Source: Limisphaerales bacterium
GTDB taxonomy: Bacteria; Verrucomicrobiota; Verrucomicrobiia; Limisphaerales; JAJOIW01
Direction: 5' to 3'
Length of the DNA stretch: 64,000 bases
Assembly (NCBI GenBank): GCA_965657355.1
Contig: CBFHOE010000006.1
Span: 253,510 to 317,509 of the forward strand
Of this stretch, positions 18,502-26,887 are shown in pieces; position 1 is the stretch's first letter, and each line of letters opens with the position of its first letter. The notes under the pieces are model-generated. The model was not told the DNA's origin, did no database searches, and saw nothing but the letters and a program-made list of their open reading frames with translations. The position numbers and the translations under genes are program-made.

Positions 18502-21111
18502 CTACTTTTCACTAGATACAGTGGGTTCCAAGATTCCCAGAGTACCGTGGGACAGATTGGTCCAGATTCCGCTCGGAGATATATTAAGGCTTGCTCGTCT
18601 AATTCTGAAAACAGTCCCGTCAGGTAGTGGTTCTTCTGGAATGAAGGAATCCGAGGTTATGGGAATTGGTGTCAATGCCTCAAAATCTCCATGAAGCCCC
18701 CCCTTAGAAGCTTCAATATAAACCGGTTCATTTTCAACCTTATCCCAGCTTAAAATTGCAGAATCATTCTTCTTCTCTACGCTGAAGTTGGTAACGGGTG
18801 GTTTGTTTATTATTGAAAGCGTTGGGTCTCCCATTAATTGAATATACACTTTTGCACTATCTTTCCATGATGGATCACTTATCAAAGAATTAACATATTG
18901 TTGAACACATTCACCTATCGGCATCCCGGTATTGAGTAAGTGAAGGTCCATGTAGGCATTCCTTCCCCATATGCTGGCAAGGCCTCCGTTATCGACAGTT
19001 AAGACTGAACGCAAAAAATTATTCTTGGTGTTCCAGTTGCCGAAATATGAGCCATCAAGTACGAGGAATCCCACTTTAAATAAGTCTTGATCCATTGCTA
19101 TTTGTTCAGATTTTAACATGTGCGCAGGATTTCCATTGCCAATAGTATCGTAGTGACCCGCACCCAACTGAACCCCTAAAAGGTATTTGTCTTTGGTTTT
19201 AAAAAAATTTAATTCATGGATATTTTGCATGTTATTACCTGTTATTGGGCCTCCTATCCGGGTCATGTTTAAATAATTTGCGTAGTTCAAGCCCTCATGA
19301 GGGAAAGATGAAAAGCCCGCGACCTTGTCAGGAAATTGAAGATCACCTCTTTTGTATCGAGCTATTTTATCTAAATATTCTTTCAGTAATACGACCTCGG
19401 ATCTACCGAAAGCAGTTAGATTTGAAAAATCGATCCTTCCGACAGGAACCTCTATTGCGGAGGGAAAGGTTTCTTGATCCATTACGCCATCGTTTGCTTT
19501 TTTGGGATTACTTAATTTTCCTGAGTCGTCTTGTGAATCGGTCCACATCTCATCATCCACGAGGTCTCCATAGAAAAGATCAGATTCCCATGAGCGATGG
19601 AAGTGACCATCTGGATTAAATCTCCCAGAATATGGAATAGGGACATGCCCGACTAGAAATATTGATGATAAACGATTATTTGGTTCGTCTGGATTGGTAT
19701 ACAGTGCTTTTAATTGATCCTTAACAGCTTTAATCTTTTTAAAATTATCTAATTGGTTTTTTTGATTATTTGAGTTTCTGGGAGCGGGTATGATTTTGAC
19801 TTTCCATCCGTCTGCGATCCAATGTTTTTGAAGATTATTTAAGTTGCTCTGTATTGAATTTAATATCGATTCATCAACAACAACAGCTAGCAAGCCTGAG
19901 GCTTCTTTAGAGCGCGTCCCCGTTGAAACCACTATGGACCGGGTGAGATATTTTTTGAAGTTGTCATTGTATTCTGCGAAAACTTTGTATTCATAGAGCT
20001 TGTTGGCTTCTATTCCATAATCAATGAGTGAAGCACTCTGAATATTTTTCTTGAGTAGTGTCCAAGTTGGCTCAGCAAGCCCTCGCTTCAATACCCTCAA
20101 TGGTTTTCCCGGAATGTTAGGAAATTCTAATTTAACAAATCCATATTCCTGATTGTACGAAGCTGATATCAAGTTTGAGTATCTTGCCCTTACATTATTA
20201 ATACCCATGCCATAGTTGTAGATTTCCAATTCATCTATAGATCCCTTAGCCAATGTGGCTCCATATCGGTCTCCAATGATTTCAAGGCCATCTTTTTTTG
20301 ATAACAAAGGGTCAGGTGTCAGTGGGTGTGATTGCTTGGTAGCTATTGCTGCCCTCTCACCATTAATGTAAAGAGAAGCATAATCTGGGCTCCATCTGAA
20401 ATTTATCAAATACCATTGGTCTTTTTTCCAATCAATGGGGGATTCAAAAAGTTTTTTAAATCTTCCTTTGTAATGTGAGGCTAGAAAAAGGTGCTCTCCT
20501 TTCGAGTCAAAGGTCAATCCCCAGTAACCATAGGAGAAGTCAGCTTTCCATAAACCAACAGAAAAAAGTGGTGCAATTTGCCCAGGTCCAAATCCAGAAT
20601 CCCAGTCTGGTCGAAAGTAGAAAAATGTAGATCCTGAGTGAGGGGCAAAATTTATTGATCCAGTAGGATTAGCGATAGGAATATTGAACCGGGCACCTTG
20701 AGTATCTTGGGACAAACTGAGTCCTGCACCAGCGAAGCCTCTTCTATGAAAAGCCCCAATTGATTTTCTTGGCTTTTGGTTTTTGTCCGAGGCGAATTCC
20801 GTATTATCAAATGACCAAACCGAAAGTCTTTTCATCGAGCGGCTGTTCGGGTCATCTGGATTTGTCCCTTCGTTTTTTTCTCTAACATCAGGGATTCCAT
20901 CGAAATCATTGTCTTGGGTAATAAGTCTGATCCTCAGCTTTTCTTGCTGACTTTTAATGACGCTTTGCTGAGCCCAGATAGGTTCATCAATCGATATGAT
21001 GAAAAATACCACAAACGCTCCAAGTGCATAAAGTTTTGCAAATTGAGAATATTTCGCTTTGCCTTTGAGTCTCATATAAGATTTAGACGTCCTTTCAGGA
21101 AATTCTATCAA
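18502..21111 (-). CDS. Large secreted/anchored protein: Ca-binding DxDxDG motif, LamG-like domain, FN3-like module and peptidase C25 (gingipain)-like domain
   Basis: DNDFDGIPD..E...GTNP; WYLINFRW...LYING...GSIDELEIY; IFLVGHVP, SDLFYGDL, VPVGRI, YLDK...Y and LMGDPTL. Confidence 0.6.
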   Translation of the reverse strand: MIEFPERTSKSYMRLKGKAKYSQFAKLYALGAFVVFFIISIDEPIWAQQSVIKSQQEKLRIRLITQDNDFDGIPDVREKNEGTNPDDPNSRSMKRLSVWSFDNTEFASDKNQKPRKSIGAFHRRGFAGAGLSLSQDTQGARFNIPIANPTGSINFAPHSGSTFFYFRPDWDSGFGPGQIAPLFSVGLWKADFSYGYWGLTFDSKGEHLFLASHYKGRFKKLFESPIDWKKDQWYLINFRWSPDYASLYINGERAAIATKQSHPLTPDPLLSKKDGLEIIGDRYGATLAKGSIDELEIYNYGMGINNVRARYSNLISASYNQEYGFVKLEFPNIPGKPLRVLKRGLAEPTWTLLKKNIQSASLIDYGIEANKLYEYKVFAEYNDNFKKYLTRSIVVSTGTRSKEASGLLAVVVDESILNSIQSNLNNLQKHWIADGWKVKIIPAPRNSNNQKNQLDNFKKIKAVKDQLKALYTNPDEPNNRLSSIFLVGHVPIPYSGRFNPDGHFHRSWESDLFYGDLVDDEMWTDSQDDSGKLSNPKKANDGVMDQETFPSAIEVPVGRIDFSNLTAFGRSEVVLLKEYLDKIARYKRGDLQFPDKVAGFSSFPHEGLNYANYLNMTRIGGPITGNNMQNIHELNFFKTKDKYLLGVQLGAGHYDTIGNGNPAHMLKSEQIAMDQDLFKVGFLVLDGSYFGNWNTKNNFLRSVLTVDNGGLASIWGRNAYMDLHLLNTGMPIGECVQQYVNSLISDPSWKDSAKVYIQLMGDPTLSIINKPPVTNFSVEKKNDSAILSWDKVENEPVYIEASKGGLHGDFEALTPIPITSDSFIPEEPLPDGTVFRIRRASLNISPSGIWTNLSHGTLGILEPTVSSEK

Positions 21112-21193
21112 ATTAAAATAAACAAATCATCCTCTGAGTTTATTATTTGGAAGTTCAGTTGGCTGAGTATAGTTCGACATTTATGTTAAAGGT

Positions 21194-21895
21194 ATGTTGA
21201 ATTGTATGAGTATGAATTTTTTGAGACTATTGATTTTAAAATTTCCTTTATGCCTATTGTTATTTCTGAGTGTTTTTCCATCAGTTTCTCAAGGCAATGA
21301 ACCCATGTCGCTTCTTTTAGTTGAGGATTTTGAAAGTGGATTAGAAAAGTGGGAGCCAACCGATACCAAAGCTTGGAAAATTAATAAAGAGGAGGGGAAT
21401 ACTGTAAATTCACTCTGGGTAAAAGTATCCGACTATAAGCCCCCCTACAGAAGTCCTCACAATATTTCGCTACTCAGAGAAATTCAGGTTTCTGATTTTG
21501 AATTAACCCTTCGGTTGAGGAGCACTTCCAAGCCATATGGACATCAAAGTCTTTGCCTTTTTTTTGGATATCAGGGGCCGTCTAAGTTCTATTATGTTCA
21601 TTTTGGCAAAAAAACCGATGCACACGCCAATCAGATCTTTATTGTCAATGACGCCCCAAGAACAAAAATTTCGTTAGAAACGAACGATGGGACGCCATGG
21701 GATAAGGAATGGCATACAGTTCGCATTCGTAGGAATGTCTCTTCAGGAGAAATCCTGATATTTTTCGACGATATGGATAAACCCGTAATGCGGGCTGTGG
21801 ATAAAAACTTTAAATTGGGTCAAATTGGGATCGGCTCATTCGATGATCCCGGAGATTTTGATGATATCGTACTTTGGGGAATTGAAGCCGATTGA
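21194..21895 (+). CDS. Secreted ConA-like/DUF1080 (3-keto-disaccharide hydrolase-like) protein
   Basis: Signal peptide, EDFE, DFELTL, WHTVRIRR and GQIGIGSFDD..DFDDI. Confidence 0.65.
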   Translation: MLNCMSMNFLRLLILKFPLCLLLFLSVFPSVSQGNEPMSLLLVEDFESGLEKWEPTDTKAWKINKEEGNTVNSLWVKVSDYKPPYRSPHNISLLREIQVSDFELTLRLRSTSKPYGHQSLCLFFGYQGPSKFYYVHFGKKTDAHANQIFIVNDAPRTKISLETNDGTPWDKEWHTVRIRRNVSSGEILIFFDDMDKPVMRAVDKNFKLGQIGIGSFDDPGDFDDIVLWGIEAD

Positions 21896-22179
21896 TCTTA
21901 TTATTTTTGTTTTCAGTTTAACTCAACTCTTGTATCACCCGCCTGAGTCATTGGGACCTTTCTCTCATCAAGATTTACCGATAGTTTCACGCTCCAATTG
22001 CCTAGGTTCAGAATCAGTTATCCATCACGCTGGCTTGAATACATTATGATACCTTCATACCCAATGAAAATAGGCTTACAATAAGTCAGGTATATCTCAA
22101 AATCGTTGGATTTCGATACCTTTTGTGTTCATTAGCTGGGTATATGCGTGGTGAAGAGTTGAGATTTGAGCATGGTTCC

Positions 22180-22207
22180 TTGACCAAGTTTCTTTCAATC
22201 CCATAAT
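22180..22207 (+). promoter_or_regulatory. Putative sigma70 promoter (TTGACC-16-CATAAT)
   Basis: Near-consensus -35 and -10 boxes ending 10 nt before the ATG at 22218, which implies a very short leader. Confidence 0.45.
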
Positions 22208-22217
22208 ATTACGATAT

Positions 22218-23237
22218 ATGAAGATCAGGTGGGCACTAAATGCACTCTTAATGACATTTTTTGGACTTGGCGGGTCGTTTGGGCAAGCTCCAATTCATCA
22301 ACAGCCCGTAGTGACTGGCGTGGCCGCAATCGTTAATGATTATGTCATCACACGTGCTGACATTGAAAGACTTGCTTCTGCCCAATTCGAAGATCTAGCT
22401 TCTTCCCTAAGAAGTAGAAAAATAAGTGTTGCTGAATTTAACAAAAGCTACCAAAGCACTTTTAACGAGACGGTTGACCTCATTATCAATAGAAAATTGA
22501 TTTTAAGCGAATTTGATAGACTAAAAGAAAATAGCAATGGGCAAATTGAGTTTCCGGAAAAGTTGGTAGACCAAAAAGTTAAGGAGGTCATCAATGACAT
22601 CTATAACGGAAGTCGACTGGACTTCATCAGGACACTCACTGAGCAAGGAATGACATTACAGGAATTCAAAAGAGGTATCAGAGAGGACCTTACTGTGGAG
22701 CTGATGATAAATCAGCACGTCTCGAATGAACTGACAGTTTCCCCGCAGAAGATCTTGGATTACTACAACCAAAACCAGGAAAAGTATACTTCTAAGAATC
22801 AAATAAAAATTCGCCTTATCATGATTTTCAAACAAACTGCTGGATCCGCTGCTATTGTGTCCGAGGTCAAAAACAAGCTATTGGACGGAGCTTCTTTTCA
22901 GGAGATGGCAGAAGTTTATTCTCAAGGCCCTCGTAAAGAGAGCGGGGGGGATTATGGTTGGATTTCAGTCGATGACAACCTTCTGCAAAAAGAAATTAAA
23001 GATGTCGCATTTTCGTTACGAAAAGGAGAAGTCAGCGGCATTCTCGATAAACCTCAGGCGTTTTTCATTATCTATTGCGAAGATAAGAAGGAGCCCACTA
23101 TCGCTCCTCTTCCAACAGTAAGAGCCAGCATCGAAAATATGCTTCTTGAAGAAGAAAGAAATAGATTGCGAGAACAGTGGGTCAATAAACTCATGAAAAG
23201 CGCTTACGTTAAAAAACTACAAGCAACCGGTCAATGA
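22218..23237 (+). CDS. SurA/PpiC-type peptidyl-prolyl isomerase chaperone
   Basis: Signal peptide, AAIVNDYVIT SurA N-terminus and FQEMAEVYSQG....GGDYGW parvulin domain. Confidence 0.88.
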   Translation: MKIRWALNALLMTFFGLGGSFGQAPIHQQPVVTGVAAIVNDYVITRADIERLASAQFEDLASSLRSRKISVAEFNKSYQSTFNETVDLIINRKLILSEFDRLKENSNGQIEFPEKLVDQKVKEVINDIYNGSRLDFIRTLTEQGMTLQEFKRGIREDLTVELMINQHVSNELTVSPQKILDYYNQNQEKYTSKNQIKIRLIMIFKQTAGSAAIVSEVKNKLLDGASFQEMAEVYSQGPRKESGGDYGWISVDDNLLQKEIKDVAFSLRKGEVSGILDKPQAFFIIYCEDKKEPTIAPLPTVRASIENMLLEEERNRLREQWVNKLMKSAYVKKLQATGQ

Positions 23238-23246
23238 ATAGCCTAA

Positions 23247-25259
23247 TCATTTTAAACCGAATTTTCTGTCAAGTTCACTGAAAGAAAATTCTAATAATGT
23301 GGGCCGTCCGTCTGGTGCGGTGTATGGCATTTTGCAATACCTGAGATCCCGAACGATAAGATGAACTTCCGAGTCATCGATTTTTGAATTCTGAGAAACC
23401 GCCTGGAATGCCATCTGTTTGGCTAAAGCTTCTGTTTCAAAATCCCACGAATGCTTTCCTGTGCCTCCTAGTCGGATTCTGTCTATTAACTCGACCGCAA
23501 ATTTTCTAGCATCAGGTGTTTTTAGAACGGGTGGAAGGGCTTCTAGAACAAATGATTTTTCTCCGAATTCTCGAATCTCTATTCCCAAGTTGTTAAGATT
23601 CTCAAGGTTCTCTTTCAAAATCGAAGCGTCTTTTAGAGGAATTTCGAATGTCTCTGGCAATAGTAATCGTTGCGAATGAGTCGCATCTTTTGTAAGCGAA
23701 GCGAGTAATCTCTCATATATGATACGTGATCTGGCAGCTCTTTGGTCCATTAAAACAAGACCTCTTTCTGACTCAAGAAGGATATAATGACTGCCAACCA
23801 TTCCTATAATTTTTAGAGGAACTTTTAGAGTCGCTTCTGCTCCTTCAAAATTTATTCCTGTGGTCTGGCTTATATTCTCGTTTTGGCAGCTTGATTTCGT
23901 TTTTTCTATTTGTTGATTTTGAGTCTCCTTATCTGTTGGGCTAATTGATTCAGAATTTGTGGCGTTCGGATTTATGGGTTCTTTTTCAAATTCTGATTGT
24001 TCCTCGAGTTCAGTGGGTAAGAAGTTTTCTTGATAAGCTCTTTGGATTACGGATAAATCTGGCTTTGGGATTTCAGGTTTTTTTGACTGGTTGCCTTGAG
24101 TGGGTTCTGTGATTTCTGGATCTAAAATCTGTGGCTTTTCATCTTGCTTTAATGTCTCATCTGATTCTGTTGCAAACTCAAGCAATGCTTCACGTAATGC
24201 CTCACTCACTACGGTTCTTACCGCTCGTTCTTTTTGAAACTTCACCTCTTTTTTAGCTGGATGAATATTGATATCAATTTCCGAAGGATCCATCTCTATG
24301 AATAAACAACCGATAGGGTACCTTCCTTTTGGCATTGCTGTGTGGTAACCCTCCAAAATAGCTGTGTTGAGAATTTTATTTTCTACCGGCCTTTGATTTA
24401 TGAAAATATGTTGGTCTGCTCTGGTAGATCGAGATACTCCAGGTTTGCCTATCAGGCCCCATACTACTAACCATGAATTTTTATTTGAATTCTCATCAGT
24501 TGCGGAGAATTCATTTGGATGTGATAACGGCATGGCACCTTCATAGTACACCTCGATAAGGTCGCGAGATGAATCACGAAATTGCCCCCACCTTTTTCGG
24601 AGAGAAGCAATTTTTTTTGGAATCGAATTGCCGGTTGGTATCTTAGGTAACCTATAAATAACTTTGTGATCTTGGATATATGTAAACGAAACCTCCGGGT
24701 GACTCAGTGCCACAAGAAGCACATATTCTTGAATATGTGCTTTCTCTGTTGCAATAGACTTTAAAAATTTTTTCCTAACAGGAACATTGAAGAATAATTG
24801 CCGAACCTCTATTGACGTGCCGACCGGGTGCCCCGCATCTTTTACCGAAGCAATTTTTCCTCCATCTACGATAATCTGAGTCCCTGTTTTTGTTGAAGAT
24901 TGATTTTCGTCTGTGACACAGGTCGTCAATTGAAATAAACTGACGCTGGCAATTGATGGTATGGCTTCACCACGGAAACCGAATGATGAGAGCTCAATGA
25001 GGTCGGAGGCTAATGAAAGTTTACTAGTGGCGTGACGCTCAAGACTCATCAAAGCATCATCCTTATGCATCCCGCAACCGTTATCAGAGACTTTAATCAG
25101 ATTTCTGCCGCCAGCTTGGATTTCAATTTCAATTTGGGTGGCTCCTGCGTCGAGTGAATTCTCGACCAATTCTTTAACCACACTTGCTGGACGCTCGACC
25201 ACTTCTCCTGCAGCAATTTGGTTTGCAACTTTATCCGGTAATAATTGAACTTTTCCCAT
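23247..25259 (-). CDS. mutL: DNA mismatch repair protein MutL
   Basis: NQIAAGEVVERPASVVKELVENSLDAGA, RHATSK, GFRGEA and DINIHPAKKEV. Start placed at MGKVQLL (25259). Confidence 0.96.
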   Translation of the reverse strand: MGKVQLLPDKVANQIAAGEVVERPASVVKELVENSLDAGATQIEIEIQAGGRNLIKVSDNGCGMHKDDALMSLERHATSKLSLASDLIELSSFGFRGEAIPSIASVSLFQLTTCVTDENQSSTKTGTQIIVDGGKIASVKDAGHPVGTSIEVRQLFFNVPVRKKFLKSIATEKAHIQEYVLLVALSHPEVSFTYIQDHKVIYRLPKIPTGNSIPKKIASLRKRWGQFRDSSRDLIEVYYEGAMPLSHPNEFSATDENSNKNSWLVVWGLIGKPGVSRSTRADQHIFINQRPVENKILNTAILEGYHTAMPKGRYPIGCLFIEMDPSEIDINIHPAKKEVKFQKERAVRTVVSEALREALLEFATESDETLKQDEKPQILDPEITEPTQGNQSKKPEIPKPDLSVIQRAYQENFLPTELEEQSEFEKEPINPNATNSESISPTDKETQNQQIEKTKSSCQNENISQTTGINFEGAEATLKVPLKIIGMVGSHYILLESERGLVLMDQRAARSRIIYERLLASLTKDATHSQRLLLPETFEIPLKDASILKENLENLNNLGIEIREFGEKSFVLEALPPVLKTPDARKFAVELIDRIRLGGTGKHSWDFETEALAKQMAFQAVSQNSKIDDSEVHLIVRDLRYCKMPYTAPDGRPTLLEFSFSELDRKFGLK

Positions 25260-25434
25260 ATCAGTTCTCCGCATTCATGTTTGAATGGTTCAATATAATA
25301 AACACAATATGATTATCTTTACCAATTTCAGAGGCCTTCTTCACTACAGATGCTCAGATTTTTAAAAAATTTGCAAATTGAATCATTAGGTCTTGACTAA
25401 ACACCACCTTCTAATGAGAGTATTTGGCCCGAAC

Positions 25435-25510
25435 GGTGGCTGTAGCACAATGGTAGTGCGCTAGATTGTGGTTCTGGTTGTTGCGGGTTCGAGTCCCGTC
25501 AGTCACCCCA
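25435..25510 (+). tRNA. tRNA-His (GTG)
   Basis: G-1 then acceptor stem GTGGCTG/CAGTCAC, C73 and encoded CCA; anticodon arm CTAGA-TTGTGGT-TCTGG; T-loop GGTTCGAGTCC. Confidence 0.96.
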
Positions 25511-25599
25511 TTTTCCCATTCCCATTTCTTTTATTATCTATTCAAAGCCGCTGCAATCATTTCGTATTTTTCCCTGCCTGTTGCCGAATCTCCTCCGGT

Positions 25600-25770
25600 T
25601 TAAACATTTTCTTGGCTTCGTTGGGTAATGGAATGTGCCCTTCTTGAATCTCCACGGCATTTACGCGAACAGTATTTGACGTTCTCCCAATCTTTCTCCC
25701 ACTTTTTTCTCCATGAGAATGGGCGGTTACAGATGGGGCACAGTTTTTTGGGTAAATTTTCTTTTCTCAT
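25600..25770 (-). CDS. DUF2256 family small Cys protein
   Basis: LPKKLCPICNRPFSWRKKWEKDWENVKYCSRKCR. Start placed at the ATG at 25770. Confidence 0.9.
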   Translation of the reverse strand: MRKENLPKKLCPICNRPFSWRKKWEKDWENVKYCSRKCRGDSRRAHSITQRSQENV

Positions 25771-25816
25771 CAAATGAATCGGAAGTTTTAACTCCAACCT
25801 AAAAAATAATTTCAAA

Positions 25817-26362
25817 CTATGGGATTAATCTCTCAACACACCATTCATTATCCTTTAAAAAAACTCTCTGCCTCAGGTGTCCACTTCTCGTGATTTTAAG
25901 GTAGTCATATTCAAAATTTTGAATCTCAATGACTCCGAAGTGGGTTTTATCCAAATGAGTTTGTTGGCTTGCTTTTTGAGCTGAGAATGGTTGTCCGGGT
26001 GCTCCTAGCGTCTGATAGTCGCCGTGTTTTCGGGATGACATTTCATCCCAAAGCCTAGCCAAATAGGCTCCGTCAGAAATGATTTTAGCAATCCCTTTAG
26101 CACGAATTTGGCTCATCGTATTGCTATTAAAAAATAAAAGTGACACTCGATTATTGTTGGTGATTTCTTGGCATTTTCGAGATCGTAGATCCGTGAAGAC
26201 GGTGCAGGTATCATTTTCGAAATTCCGCAGAACAACAATCCTTGATTGTGGAGAACTATTTGTTGCTACGGTCGATAAAGCAGGCCAGTGGAAAGGGTGT
26301 TTTGGGTTGATCGAACCTTCCTTGAGAAAATCAATTATGCTTTGGTAGCTTATTAATTCCAT
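25817..26362 (-). CDS. Pyridoxamine 5'-phosphate oxidase-like FMN-binding protein
   Basis: HPFH..ALST, PQSRIVVLR, FTDLRSRK and QIRAKG. Confidence 0.85.
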   Translation of the reverse strand: MELISYQSIIDFLKEGSINPKHPFHWPALSTVATNSSPQSRIVVLRNFENDTCTVFTDLRSRKCQEITNNNRVSLLFFNSNTMSQIRAKGIAKIISDGAYLARLWDEMSSRKHGDYQTLGAPGQPFSAQKASQQTHLDKTHFGVIEIQNFEYDYLKITRSGHLRQRVFLKDNEWCVERLIP

Positions 26363-26600
26363 AAAATACCTCTAACTCTCATTATTTAATAGATCCCTAC
26401 ACCTAACCTCAGTGAAGCTGGATTGAATTGCAAATTCAACGGGATAAAGACGATTCCTCTAGACCATTTTTAGACAAATGTCTTGAGGTAAAATTCCACA
26501 ATCATTTGCGAAATTAAAAAATTGGTGTTGATTAGTATAGCAAGCCTGATTTTTGGAAATAACCTGACAAAACGTCATACTCACTTGCCACGCTGTTAAA

Positions 26601-26873
26601 ATGGAAAAGCTAAAGGATCTATCACCGGAGCAAATTGATAACATAATCAAGCTGGCTTGGGCGGACAGAGTCTCGTTTGAGGCAATACAGCAGCGTACTG
26701 GGCTAGTAGAAAAAGAGGTTATCAAAGTTATGCGGCGCGAACTGAAACCGGGCAGCTTTAGGAAGTGGCGCGCACGTGCCTCGGGCCAGGTAACAAAGCA
26801 CAGGAAAAGAGCAAAGATCCTTCATGAAACGGTATACGACGAAAAGCTCAGGCGCCCGCCAAAACATCGTTAG
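26601..26873 (+). CDS. TIGR03643/DUF2805 family protein
   Basis: IIKLAWADRVSFEAI...GL.EKEVIKVMRRELKPGSFRKWRAR.SG..TKH. Confidence 0.85.
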   Translation: MEKLKDLSPEQIDNIIKLAWADRVSFEAIQQRTGLVEKEVIKVMRRELKPGSFRKWRARASGQVTKHRKRAKILHETVYDEKLRRPPKHR

Positions 26874-26887
26874 TTCCACCTCAAAGA

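Noticed and set aside
25393..25425. Shared TTGACT...GAGTATTT upstream of tRNA-His and aroQ (50943-50971)
   Set aside because: Spacing differs (19 versus 15 nt), so a common promoter architecture is not supported.
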